Shown here piece after piece: positions 42,711-54,590 of a stretch of 64,000 nt of DNA. The position numbers and the translations under genes were made by a program. How positions within the stretch are numbered: the stretch's first letter is position 1; each line of letters begins with the position of its first letter. Below the pieces are notes generated by a model. That model had not been told where the DNA came from. It ran no database searches and was given only the letters and a program-made list of their open reading frames with translations. Source of the stretch: Phoronis australis (lineage: Eukaryota; Animalia; Phoronida); the NCBI GenBank assembly GCA_002633005.1, contig NMRA01000173.1:573295-637294 (forward strand), in the 5' to 3' direction.

Positions 42711-45140
42711 CACCTGTGTGTGGTGACCATAGTGTGCTATTCATGACCTGCTACTGATCAATCCAGACACTCGATGACATAATTATGAGAGTATACTGTA
42801 AAGCGGCAAATGGTTTAACAAATGGGCCTCGGGATAACAACACCTGTGTCATCTATCAATGAGAGATACTGAATTTTCCTGTTCATGAAATTGAATTCAA
42901 TCGCTTACCTATATGTTTCTAGTCAAATCAGTTGTTACTTAAAATATTATGAGTGAATCCATGTGTGTGTGACATAGGCGATGTTGCTTAAACGTTATGA
43001 ATCGGATGGCAGCAATGACATTACAATATGTGTCGTATTTTCATTTTAGTCAAATGATGTTTTTATTGTCATCCACTTTTTTAGTTCAACCTTAAACATT
43101 TGTGAAATTCATAAAAATATGAAATCCTTAAACTGGCGTGGAAATGCATATCGCAAACAATTTTTAAGTCTGGTCAGCACGCCACCTGTTGGCCACATCA
43201 CGTGACCAGTCATAAAAATGCTTTGCGACATTTGTGAAATTCGTTATATGGAGTGCAATGACTAATAAAACTGACTGTTGACCTCTGACCTCATTCACAG
43301 TTATGTTTATCTGAATCAGTGTGGAGGGTTCATAATGATTAGTTGTGAACAGTCTACAACAATCTAACTCCAGTTTTGACATGTCAAGAATTGTACGAAG
43401 ACTACCTCAAAACCCAACTGCTGCCTTCTGGTTTGGTAATTGGCCCAATTATGTTGCACACCCAACATAATTAATGAGAAGCAGAATACTGGCAACATTG
43501 TTCAAAAGTTAGGTTGTAAAAGGCGCATTTCTTATCCAATTTTCAAAATTCAAAAACTTTACCATGTGTACTTTTCACGAACAATTCAAATACGATATTT
43601 AAAAAATTAATTTAAGTAACTCCCTGGTGTCTGATCTTTGTGGTAGATTTTGAATTATGCAAACTGGTTGAGTTGCATGCCCAATCTCGACTGGTTAGAG
43701 TGTCAACGTTGGATTCTTTTTATGAATACTTTGAACTGTCATTATGTCGAGCTGTTGGTGAATCACGTGATAACATACATCATTGTGATAAGTATTTTGG
43801 TACAAGTGATACAACATATTCCTTGTGAAACATATTGATATAACGAGTGATGATTGGTTCGTTATGTTCCTGTAAACTCAACTATGTCATCATTTCAGTG
43901 GCAGTTTAGTTGAATAAACTTCAAGTGCCAGGTGTTTTTATCTTACCTGTAGAATGAATGTATGAATTCAAGGGTTACAAAACACTCATTGAAGTGTTAC
44001 TTGAACTTTGAATCTTTTTAAGCCTCTATAAACCATGTTTTGGTGTTGAATTAATTTCTAGATGCTTTTTCAAATTAACATTCTTATCCTTTGCACGGAA
44101 ATTGGTTACATCCCGGAATTTTGCATAACTGCCATATTGCATTAATGGCTGAAACTAACGTGCCATAATGACGCCAAAGAACAAGCAACTTAATGCGCCT
44201 GGTCTGAAGCATTGTCATTTTTTCTCAAATTGGAAATCATTTCTAATCTGAGGTGCACGATGAGATGGATTTTATAACAGGCATTGTCCTAAATCAGAAG
44301 TTGTTTTTTTTTTGACAGGTGAGGGATATATTGCCCATTTAACTAAAATTAAAGTTTCTAGGCATCGCATTACTTTAAAGATTTATTTGCATGCTCCTAA
44401 CTATGCTAATGTATAGCAAGAACTCAACAGCAATGCTATTTTAACGAAATCTAAACAATTAAGTGCTGATATTCATTGACAACTTGTAGATGTGAAAACA
44501 AAAAAATCTGCAAATAGGTGACCTTTGCACTAATAATGTAACTCGCGGGCTCACTTAGCCTGCATCATGCGGTGTTATTCCCCAGCACCATGTCACGATA
44601 CTTACTGGACACGGTTCAGTGATTTGCGGCAGATAATCTTTCACCACAAAACTCGTTCTTATTTTGGTAATTTTCGACCTACTTCCTATTGACTTCGTCA
44701 CTGTATGTTGTGTTTCAAACTAATTCGGCCAAACAATCACAGAGATAAGGAATTATCCTGCCAGTTCCATTTTAATTGGGTCACATTTAACCAGAAGATT
44801 TGGCCTACACTTCTCTCTGAGTGAAATGGTGGGACAACTTTATTGAATTCAGACAGTACTAATTTGCAGAATGTCTCTTATTTTCAAGACCAAAATTCGG
44901 TTTCTTTTGGTAAATGATCTAATTCAAACTTTAACATTGCTCAAGTTGAAAAATTGCTGAAATCAAATTTGAAAAACAATGAGGTCATTTGTAGAAAAGT
45001 TAATTATTTGTCAAGCTGCAGGTAAATTTACTGGATATTACCATAAAGTAGCTATGTATCTGTTTTGTGATGTAATGTTCGACAGCACTGAATTTTCTAT
45101 TCCATTGGCTAACACACAACCGCGACCATCAACTTTAGTA

Positions 45141-45290
45141 AGGGCGGATTCAGGATTTTTTAAAAGGGGGGTTGGATCAAGGATTTTTTAAGAAGGGGTC
45201 CAAGCTAACAATTTGAAAATTCTAGATTTGATATCACTAAAGTCAAGGGAAAAGGGGGGTCTTGACCACCCACCCCTGGATTCGCCTATG
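45141..45290. mobile_element. Short MITE-like element with ggcggattcagg / cctggattcgcc ends
   Basis: Imperfect terminal inverted repeats related to the GGCGGAT family; ends ~80 bp upstream of the ADAT1 ATG. Confidence 0.55.
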
Positions 45291-45368
45291 GTTATGATAA
45301 TTACCGTAGAAGAGCGCCCTCTTTTGGATTGCGACTAAATTTGCCAACAGGTGGCTCTCTACGCAACC

Positions 45369-48300
45369 ATGGCTTCAGGACCGTCGGTTTGTCCTCTGCC
45401 AGATGAAATAGCTAGATTTTGCTTTGATTTCTACTCAAAAAAGTTACCCAAACGAGGAAAACCACAGAAGGACAAAGAATGGACTCTTCTTGCTGCAGTT
45501 ATTTTGTTTGATGAATCAAGTATGTCTGTGGTGTACAGTCGGACTGCAGAGTGCCAGCAGTATTAGTAGGCCTACTGTCCTCAGGCTCGTCAGCCGTTTC
45601 GACCGAATTTCACCCAGTTTCACTGTTTTCACTTGTCGGATATAGCGGTCCCTGATTTAGAGAACCAGGCAATCACTGAGTAACGGGCCTGTTATTTTGT
45701 GAATTAACTGGTTCTCTAAATCAGGGACCGCTATATCCAACCAGTGCCATAAAGCGAGCGTGCTAATTCCATTCAGCTATAGGCAATTCCCCATTAGCGA
45801 GTGGCTAACAGAGGCTCATATAATTTGCTGGAAGCAAATCTACAACATTTTACCCTTTCCTACAGAACAGGCGTACCACCAGGAAGGTGAAAACCAGGTT
45901 GTCTCACATACAGGTCATCAACTTCCCTGGCCTTGGTACTTTTACCATCACAACACAAGTGAACTCAAGGTTGTCTCTCATATAGGTCCTCAACTCCTGG
46001 AACTTTTACTACCACCATAACCATGCGCGCCTTCCGAAGTCCGCGGGTACTAGTTGGCAGTGCTCCATCAGTAAATCATCCATTTGCCGACTATACCATT
46101 TGTAATAATAGCCGAGATTACCCGACCTGGGAATCGAACCAGCAACCCCCATAAAACCGGCAAGTGTGCTAACCATTCAGCTAATAGGCAATTGCCCGTT
46201 AGCAAGTGGCTAACAGAGGCTTATATAATTCACCGGAAGCACATCTACAACAACTGTATCAACAGTGTTGGCATAGGCTTTTGTTGCTCATATTGACAAG
46301 ATGCCCGCAGGCGTGTACCAAAAATTGCCGGTTGGCAATCCTTTTTCAGCAAGTTTTGCGGGACCTGCGCGGAGTCCAGTAAGCCCCTAACTTTCCATTT
46401 CATCCCCACAAAAGGCCCACTGCATTGGCCTCAGCGATGCAAAAGTTACACTAGCCGTCTTCTTACAGAAAAATCAACCCTGCAAAAGGGGGTGGGAATT
46501 AACAGACTTGGCACCCACAGTAGGGGTCCCTTAACAGTATTTGGTACATGCCTGCGAGCACCTTGTCAATATGAGTGACCCTCCGGGCACTTCTCAAATG
46601 TTGTTGAATTCAAGAAGGCGTTAGTGTAGTAGGCTGATGGTCGTTGTCCACTAGAGCTGGAGAGTATATTTCACTATTTCATTTTATTATATACCTATTG
46701 TCAGGAAGGTTTTAAATGGACATGTTATTTCTGCCACTCAACTGTAAATCAACAACCACTAGCTAAAGCAGCTATGGTAGTTGATCTCTAGAGATAGACA
46801 GGAACAATTAGTTACTCGAGTGTACATACTTGTTATGCAGACCTGTCTGTCTTACTCATTTTTGTCCGTAGGCAATTTTAGTGTAAAATCATCTTGTTCC
46901 AAGTTATGAACCTGTTAGTTGGTAGTTCACACTTCAAAGTCAGGCATCTTAATCAGTCGACCAAGAAGCAGTTACTTGAAGGCAAGTGATTAAGAGAGGC
47001 CTTCAAATGTACCATACTCTTCCCTATAACATCATTTGTCCTTGACCTTTTAAGGAAACTGGAACGATTGTTTTGCAGAACATGGAACTAATTCTCGCAT
47101 TGTGTTTCAATGAATCTGTTTTTAAAGAACTACAATTACTGCAAAATGTGTGGTGCATCAGTAATCTAGTGTTAATTACTCCACTGAGTGATTGCATTCC
47201 AGGTAGAAATTCAACTGCACATGAGAATTACTGAATAGATCCAAATACTGCTTTAACACTAGCATTCTGCTTTGAAGTTGTTGGTGGTTCATTGTGACTG
47301 TTGCTGGTTCACTGTGACTGTTGGTGGTTCATTGTGACTTTTAACAATTCTTCTTTTAGTCCTCATCCTTTTACAGTTATGCCATAAGTCAGTCACCCGT
47401 TTTAGTGACTAAAAACATGTGCCCCCTTTTTAAATTATTGACTGTGAATAAGTGTTGTTTCTTTCCAATTGTAGAGAAGGAGGAGTCAATGAAGATAGTG
47501 TCCATGGCAACAGGTTCAAAATGCATTGGAAAGTCCAAAATGTCAAAGCAAGGTACAGTAACTATTTGACTAGTCTTTGCTTCCAAATGCACTTTATACA
47601 TTCATGGCACGTTACATTCTTGTACATTTGAATGCATGACTCAGTCTGTATTCATTGGCTCCTTTTGGGCTACATTTTTCATATTGAAATGTTATGATTT
47701 TTAGTAGAACTATCCATTTACTTAGTATTCCACTCATAGTGTAGAAGGGCATGCCATATATTCTGTAAATGTTACTAAATGACCATCTCTACTTCAGGTG
47801 ACATTTTGCATGACAGCCATGCTGAGGTACTGTCCAGGAGAGCATTCTTAAGGTGATCTACCGTTTAGTGTTAACTTGGGTGTTAAAGTGATTACATTTT
47901 GTTAAATTCACTTACATTACTTAATATTTGCTAACAAAAATATAATGAGGACTTAAACTGTGGAACTTCAATAATATTCATTGTTCGTCATGATTGACTT
48001 TCCTGTCATAAATACATGTGACCAAACTGTTTAATGGTTCAACGAATATGATGTCTTTATGGGTCTTAGTATGTGGTTGAATTACCAGTCTATTGTTATA
48101 AATTTATTCAATATAGATACCATTAAATCTATGTAATGTGCAGTCAAACGTACTTTATTCTCATTTCAGGTACATATATAGGCAGCTGCATATGTGTTAC
48201 CATGGTGATAATTCAGAAGTGTTTCTTCCACCTGCTGAAGATGGTCGTTGCCAGCAAAGAAACAACATCTCATTTCACTTCTTCACAAGTCACACACCAT

Positions 48301-51300
48301 GTATGTTGATAGCTCTCAAGTGTAGACATTTTTAAGGGAACATTTAAAGTTAGTAGGACCCTTGAAAATGGTTACTTTTGCATTAGGGGCTATCAAAAAA
48401 TAGGACTTTTATGATTTTTATTAAAAAATTAATAGTTGCATAAAACAAAAACGGAATGATAATTTAGAAAACTGTAACAGCGTATTTGAGGTTTCAACTT
48501 AAATATTTATATGAAACAAAATGTGGTCATGTTATAATTGATACTGCTGTTTTGTTGTGCCTTTCTTTTTTGCTAAATTTTACTAAAAAGGCAGGCATGA
48601 TCATTTGATCCAAAAATAGCAGATTGATATAAAGTCCAAAATCAAATCCTATGGGCTTTCTACTCTCAGAAAATAATACTTTACTGAGTTAAAATCTATA
48701 GGTTTGTCTTAGATAACCTTAAGCCACATTGACTTGCTGTTTTAAGGTTGGTGTCATCATTCACCAGGCTTTTGTGATTCTCAGTCTCAAAACACTAAGT
48801 ACCATTAGCCTCTGCGTAATTGGTCTCAACTTTCATTGTACAGCGGTAACAAGCTTTAGAAGAACTGACAAATTCTTATTGCTGAAGACTGGACTATGCA
48901 CCGCCAAACAATGTGTATGTTAGCCGAAACCTGTGATTATTTCTGCCATTTAGCGACCATATGTTATTTTGTTTTACCAGGTGGCGATGCGTCAATATTT
49001 CCGAAGCCACAGAAAGAGAGAAGCCATGCAAATTACAAAACTTCTCCAAATTCTGATGATTGTGGCGAAGTGAGTGATATCATTAGTTTCTCATATAATA
49101 AATTCAAAAGATGGTCGTGTAATGACGCCAAAGGAGAACCACCTACGAAGATAACAAGGCAATGCACTGCGGACAATAGTACAGGGACTGTTCTCTCAGG
49201 CGATTCCATTACAAGTTGTAGAAACACTGTGATTACATCTACTGTGGGCTTCACTAAGTTAAACAATACGTCTCCTTTGCCACAAAGTAACACACATGAA
49301 GACAGTACGCCTAATGTTCAGCTTGACTTCAAGGATATTTTTCGGACTGGAGCCAAGTGTGTGCCAGATGGTTTACAGGATCTCCTGGGGCAAGGAGCAA
49401 AGTACCACATCTCAGGGGCACTGAGGACAAAACCGGGACGGGGTGAGAGGACCATGTCTATGTCGTGCAGTGATAAGCTGGCTAGGTGGAATGTGGTTGG
49501 CTGGCAGGGGGCGCTACTCAGTCACTTCCTGCTTGCTCCTGTCTATATGTCATCCTTAACTGTGGGCAGGTATACTTCAGCTTGCTCTGTTATGATAATC
49601 TTGAAAGTGAATCAAGTAATGTTATGCGTATTTTACATGTCCACAGTGGAAGTGTAGTACTTTGAAGTTTGAATGGTGTATTTGAAATTTCTTAGCTTTA
49701 TGGCTGAGGGTGGTATGACAACCCTCAATATTTGATTGATTAGTTCTTACCCTGAAGACATATTTAATTGTGTAGTGCTGCTCCCCGTCCATTTTGTGCT
49801 CACATGTCAACACTTTGCTGTGCTGTGTGTGCTGTGTCCATCAAATGCACACATATCAACTCCATGCATTGTTCTTTTAAAATTCAATATATTGTTTACT
49901 TGTTGCAGGTGTCCATTTTCATTGCCTGCCATGCAGAGAGCAGTTTTTGACAGAGTGAGCAAGATAACCAATCTGTCCGATGGTTACCGTGTCAACTTAC
50001 CTGTGATGCACCAGTCTCAGCTCCAGTTTATGGATGGCAAAGATGCGTTGTCTGAACGTGTCTGCGTTGGGAATAGTGATGTGAAAGTAGTTCCTTCGTC
50101 AGCTGGTAAGTTAAAGAGTGTTTAAAATTGAAGTGGATTCTTTTTGCTTCTTTTCTGATGCAAAGTTGTTTATTGCCAGTAGTAACAAATACAAACAAGT
50201 TCATAGGAAGGATTGTATGTCTATTTTATACATGCACTCACATGCAGGCATAAGTGCATGCGCCCATGTACACAGAACCATGCATTCTGAGGGCAGCCAT
50301 ATTCAAAATGTAAAGAGCCAAAGGGGACCGTCTATAACCGAATATTTCATATTTATAGTTTTTGAAGTGAAAGACATTTTTTCATTTGAAAGTAAAGTTG
50401 ATATCATCCTCCTTCCTTTTTTAAAAATTTCAAGGACGAGAATAACGAAGGGATATTTTTACAAACAAATGAGTAAATAAAGAATATCTGATTCATGTAA
50501 TTAACCAAAAGAAGAGAGATTAAATGAATTTTGGGTGTTTGGAAATGATCATTGAATTGTAGCAGGCAAGAACTGTACTTAACGCCTCCTTGGTCCACTT
50601 GTTACCTTGATCTGTCTGCTTCCTATTCACTCTGTTTTGGAGTGCTTACATTTGCTGTAGGGTGTCAACAAATTCTAGACTATTCTTTATGTAATTTCAT
50701 CGAATAACTTTTTATTTTCTAGTATATTTAATGTTTCACAGGGCTCGCACTTCAGACTTTGGTGCTGAACCATGAGTGAGACATGCACATCCTGCATGCT
50801 GCTCATTTCAATTCAACTTTGAAAGTTATAACTTTGTCATAGGATTTTTTAGTTATATAACCTGTCTAAAATACAATTAGATGTCATTGTGTTTCTCATG
50901 GCAATACTTACAACTGTTTTACATTCTATTTCAAACATTTTCATGAAAAATATTATAAATGGAAACAATAAACTGCATGGGTTAAATTTGTTCTCAAAAT
51001 TAGAAATCATAACTGATAAACCAAACCGTGACTCCATGTAAATGAATAAATATTAAGTCAATGGGAAATTTACAAGTATTGTTAAAGTTTTTCAGATCGG
51101 GGAGGGTGAAAAGTGTTTGTCGCACACAAACGGTTGTCGTTTTCTGTCCCCTTACATTTACCTTCACTAATTTTTGTAAGTTTTTATTCCAGTATTAGAC
51201 TCAAACTTGATCTCTTTGTTGCCTAATATTTCGTTGTACAGATATAGAGCTTTTGCTTCACCTGTAGAGGTGGCTGTAATTATGAAATGAATTGTTCCAG

Positions 51301-52369
51301 CAATTATTTGGTGTGATGTGGCAGAGAGAAACCTGGAAATTGCTGTCAATGGAAGAAAACAGGGGGTCATAGCCAAAAATACACATAAGCCTGAAGCCAG
51401 GTAATTTTTTTTTTTAATTTACATTGTAATACTCCAAAGTTGGTATGTATTTAGTTTTCCCAATTGCCCTTGTTACATCTGTTTTCATCAAATTTTCATG
51501 GACAAAGTTATTGTGAGTAGTTAATTTTGTAGGTTTGATTTTCAGGAACAATTATTTCGTCCTTCTACCAAGATCACAGTCTGGACTACTTCATTGATAT
51601 TATGAAGCTTTCCCAAATTGGTTAGATTACTTCAATGTTGTTTTCAGGTGTGCCACTTGTAAGTACAATTTGTTCAAGACCTTCATAGAGCTGGTATCCT
51701 CTCTCCCTAAAGACAAACTTCCAACTTCTTTAAGGTAAGTCATTTGGTATTTTAGTCCATTACCTGATAATTATATAAAGTTGATATCAATTTTTCCCAG
51801 ATTACATGTTAACCTGCAGACTGTGTTGCTAAATGTTACAAATAGGTTGTTAAAAACAATTAGCTTCATCTCTTCACTCAATGTTGAGTGATGTTTAAAT
51901 GCCAAGGCATGTGTTAATTGTGTTATCAGATGGGATGGATCACATTAACAATGGCGCCTGCCTCATTCCAGATGGATGATTATGAAAGGTGGCAGGTGTG
52001 TTCTTACTGAGAATATTGCTAACTTGCTGTGCACCCCCTACAGGCTATTTTGTTTACAAGCATTGTTCCCTTTAGTGAAAATGTTTAACATAATAATCAT
52101 CCCTTATACATGGGTTGTACGTCTGCATTGTTCTTGTTAATAAGTAGACTCAGTTTCTCTTTGGCAGGGATATGTCATTAGCTAACCATCAAGCAGTCTT
52201 GAATGTTTTTCAATTTTTTTTCATTCCCAGAAGTCCCAGTCTGTCTTCTTACTACAGTTACAAGCAAGCTGCCATCAACTACCAGTCTACATGGAACTCA
52301 GTACTTGGTGAATTGAAGTATTGGGTTAGAACTCCGCCAGATATGTCTCTGTTTTGTCTTGACTCTTAG
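45369..52369 (+). CDS. ADAT1: tRNA-specific adenosine deaminase 1 (A37 of tRNA-Ala), ~508 aa
   Basis: Exons 45369-45519, 47475-47552, 47798-47852, 48170-48300, 48981-49569, 49909-50105, 51301-51400, 51648-51734, 52231-52369 (1527 nt). Motifs [75 protein letters not shown]. No dsRBDs, so ADAT1 rather than ADAR. Confidence 0.96.
45630..45746. mobile_element. Short palindromic MITE, copy 2 (~39-bp TIRs)
   Basis: cacttgtcggatatagcggtccctgatttagagaaccag ... ctggttctctaaatcagggaccgctatatccaaccagtg. Confidence 0.85.
45748..46252 (-). mobile_element. Non-autonomous miniature LTR retrotransposon (TRIM) with a tRNA-derived sequence inside the LTR (Helenus-like)
   Basis: 5' LTR 46252-46101 (TGTTGTA...TATTACA) contains A box TAGCTGAATGG (46183-46173) and B box GGTTCGATTCC (46140-46130). 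PBS TGGTATAGTCGGCA (46098-46085); PPT AGGAAAGGGTAAAA (45861-45848); 3' LTR from 45847, truncated at ~45748. Confidence 0.75.
46287..46575. mobile_element. MITE with ~37-bp TIRs
   Basis: ctcatattgacaagatgcccgcaggcgtgtaccaaa ... tttggtacatgcctgcgagcaccttgtcaatatgag. Confidence 0.8.
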
Positions 52370-52771
52370 CAGATTGTGAGGGGATGATAGCTTTTTCAAA
52401 TTTTGGCTGCTATTTATTTTGAAAATAATATTTGTACAGAGGTTTTTTCATACATTCACAAATGTTTCACTATTTATTGTCTGAAATAATGGCTGATAAA
52501 ATAACCAGGAACAAATACATGTGAGACTGGTGACATACAAGGCTTACTAGCTAATCCTTATATTTATTACTATAGTGGCTTGCCTTGACAATGTTGATTC
52601 TTACTGAAAGGAAAATTGGGCTGAAATATGTGCTGTTTTTCATATCAGTTACCAACTTTTAGTGTTTGCCATTGTATAAGTTTACATAAAGAACTTTTTG
52701 CAAATTTCAGTGACTTACTCTCCAAAAGTATTTTGGGAGCAGTTGAATGCTGTGCTACTCATACAGACTGG

Positions 52772-52917
52772 ACTTGTCATTAAAATGGACCATACAATGC
52801 ACTTGTTACTTGTCATTAAAATGGACCATACAATGCACTTGTTACTTGTCATTAAAATGGACCATACAATGCACTTGTTACTTGTCATTAAAATGGACCA
52901 TACAATGCACTTGTTAC
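52772..52917. repeat. 36-bp tandem repeat x 4
   Basis: acttgtcattaaaatggaccatacaatgcacttgtt; lies between the ADAT1 stop and the SH3-gene stop. Confidence 0.95.
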
Positions 52918-52991
52918 AATTAAAGAACACACTTGTTATTATAGCAAGATCATTGAATTTTCTGTTGTCAATGTGGTGCAATTTAAAGTAG

Positions 52992-54590
52992 TCAGACATC
53001 AGTGGTGGTAACGACCAATCCTACTTGACTGACTCGTTTCTTAGGTGCATACACAGTCTCAATGAATCCATCAGTTGTGACTGTTAGAGGAACTAGTGTT
53101 GTGTCGTTGTTTGCAGTAGATTTGGCCAGTTCTCCATAACAGATGTCACTGTCGTCTGGCATACCTATTGAACCATTCACATCATCTATGGACTTCCGGT
53201 TCATCATGTTCGCCAGTTCGCTTTCGTTTATTAGGTTTGTGACATTAGTTGTCGAGGTTAAAAGGAAACTGCTTTCACAGTCGCTCAGTTCTGAGCCCTC
53301 AGTGATTGACTGGTCCTTTTGAACCCCATTTTCTGACGCATAACCACTCTCGTGCGCTAGTATCGCTGCTGCCTGCTGCGCGTTCGTCGACTGTGTATGA
53401 GTATCGTTTAATTCGATTGCTTCCTCTTCGTTTTGGAAGTCTGGTGACGTTGGATGTAGAAGATGGAGATTATCCTTAATTTTTTGAGAAACGAACTCCA
53501 TGTTGTCATCCAGAAGGTCCTTATAATTGACTTGACGTTTTGTTTTTGCTTGCGAGGTTTTGCGACATACGCATTTAAGCAACGGGTTGGTCTCCTCCAG
53601 GCTTAATGTTTTGTCTTTAAAATTCATAAAGGTACAATCGTTGATGTTATGTTTTGGCCGTTGACTTGTTTGAACTTCTTCTAAAAATGGGAGAGAAGAT
53701 TCCGTTGCCTCGTTATGCACTGCCGATTGTGTCGATGGAACGTCGTCTACTGGTCGCTCCTGTCTGGTGTCCAAGTGATTCTCTAGTGGAATCTCAGTTT
53801 GCACGGCGCGTGTTACGACTTGTGATTTGATGGTAAATGGTGGTTGCAGTTCTCGTCGCGTGACTGTCGGTGCATCCGATTTGATAAGAACCGGTGAGTT
53901 TCTAAGCACATCTTGGTTTTCATCAGTGAAATTTGAAACTGGGTATTGCACATATTCTGATGGAATTCGATGCGGAACAGCACGCGGTGGACGGGTGTCG
54001 AACGTTTTCGTGTTTGTTGGACTTTCGTTGTTAGGTTCTTCGAGGCTTTCGGTGAATAAACTCTTCCTTAGCTGGTCGCGTTTGGTGGTTCTTTCAACGA
54101 TACCATGTATGTAATCGTAGGTTGGCGGGACGCCTATTTGGTGCCTGGTTGGTGATGAGAAATACATGTCTGTTGTATTGGAATGCTCTTGTTTGCAAGT
54201 AGAATCCATTTCGTGATAATGGACCATTTCCTTAAGTTGCGGGCTCTGTGCAGGCTCTTGCCTGAGTCGACAGTATTCTAGTGGAACATATCCCGTGGCC
54301 CCATGAAGATCTCTTACAAATGCCCAACCTTTGACCTGATAGAGTAACGTAAACCATTGTCCGACAGTCGCTCTGAGCTCGGTCAATCCTTGGGGCTCAA
54401 AGTCGCTTACCACTTTTACAGGCACTTGGGTCGGCCGAGACGGTGAGCTGTTGCACAAGTGACTAAGCAGACGATCCATACCGACTGATCGTCTGCTTCC
54501 ACTTCCGGAATGTTTCTCGTTTTTGTGTGAAATTTGATTCATATTTACCGTCCGCGATACAATTACATCAGTCCGTCGTAACTTATCCAT
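52992..54590 (-). CDS. Uncharacterised SH3-domain protein, 532 aa, single coding exon
   Basis: 1.6-kb ORF; SH3-like segment VKVVSDFEPQGLTELRATVGQWFTLLYQVKGWAFVRDLHGATGYVPLEYC followed by a long disordered region. Acceptor at 54677-54678 and upstream donor at 55373 suggest a non-coding first exon. Confidence 0.85.
   Translation of the reverse strand: MDKLRRTDVIVSRTVNMNQISHKNEKHSGSGSRRSVGMDRLLSHLCNSSPSRPTQVPVKVVSDFEPQGLTELRATVGQWFTLLYQVKGWAFVRDLHGATGYVPLEYCRLRQEPAQSPQLKEMVHYHEMDSTCKQEHSNTTDMYFSSPTRHQIGVPPTYDYIHGIVERTTKRDQLRKSLFTESLEEPNNESPTNTKTFDTRPPRAVPHRIPSEYVQYPVSNFTDENQDVLRNSPVLIKSDAPTVTRRELQPPFTIKSQVVTRAVQTEIPLENHLDTRQERPVDDVPSTQSAVHNEATESSLPFLEEVQTSQRPKHNINDCTFMNFKDKTLSLEETNPLLKCVCRKTSQAKTKRQVNYKDLLDDNMEFVSQKIKDNLHLLHPTSPDFQNEEEAIELNDTHTQSTNAQQAAAILAHESGYASENGVQKDQSITEGSELSDCESSFLLTSTTNVTNLINESELANMMNRKSIDDVNGSIGMPDDSDICYGELAKSTANNDTTLVPLTVTTDGFIETVYAPKKRVSQVGLVVTTTDV

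Noticed and set aside
45862-46084. Hammerhead ribozyme / retrozyme in the TRIM interior
   Set aside because: No intact CUGANGA...GAAA core with flanking stems found by eye on either strand.
46115-46192. Functional tRNA gene
   Set aside because: A and B boxes are present, but there is no proper anticodon arm and it is embedded in an LTR; treated as tRNA-derived.
49010-49330. Ser/Thr-rich insertion in ADAT1 as a novel domain
   Set aside because: A poorly conserved insert between the PCGDA and RTGAK motifs is a normal feature of metazoan ADAT1.
52698-52999. Repetitive ORFs on both strands
   Set aside because: Products of the 36-bp repeat in the region between two convergent stop codons.
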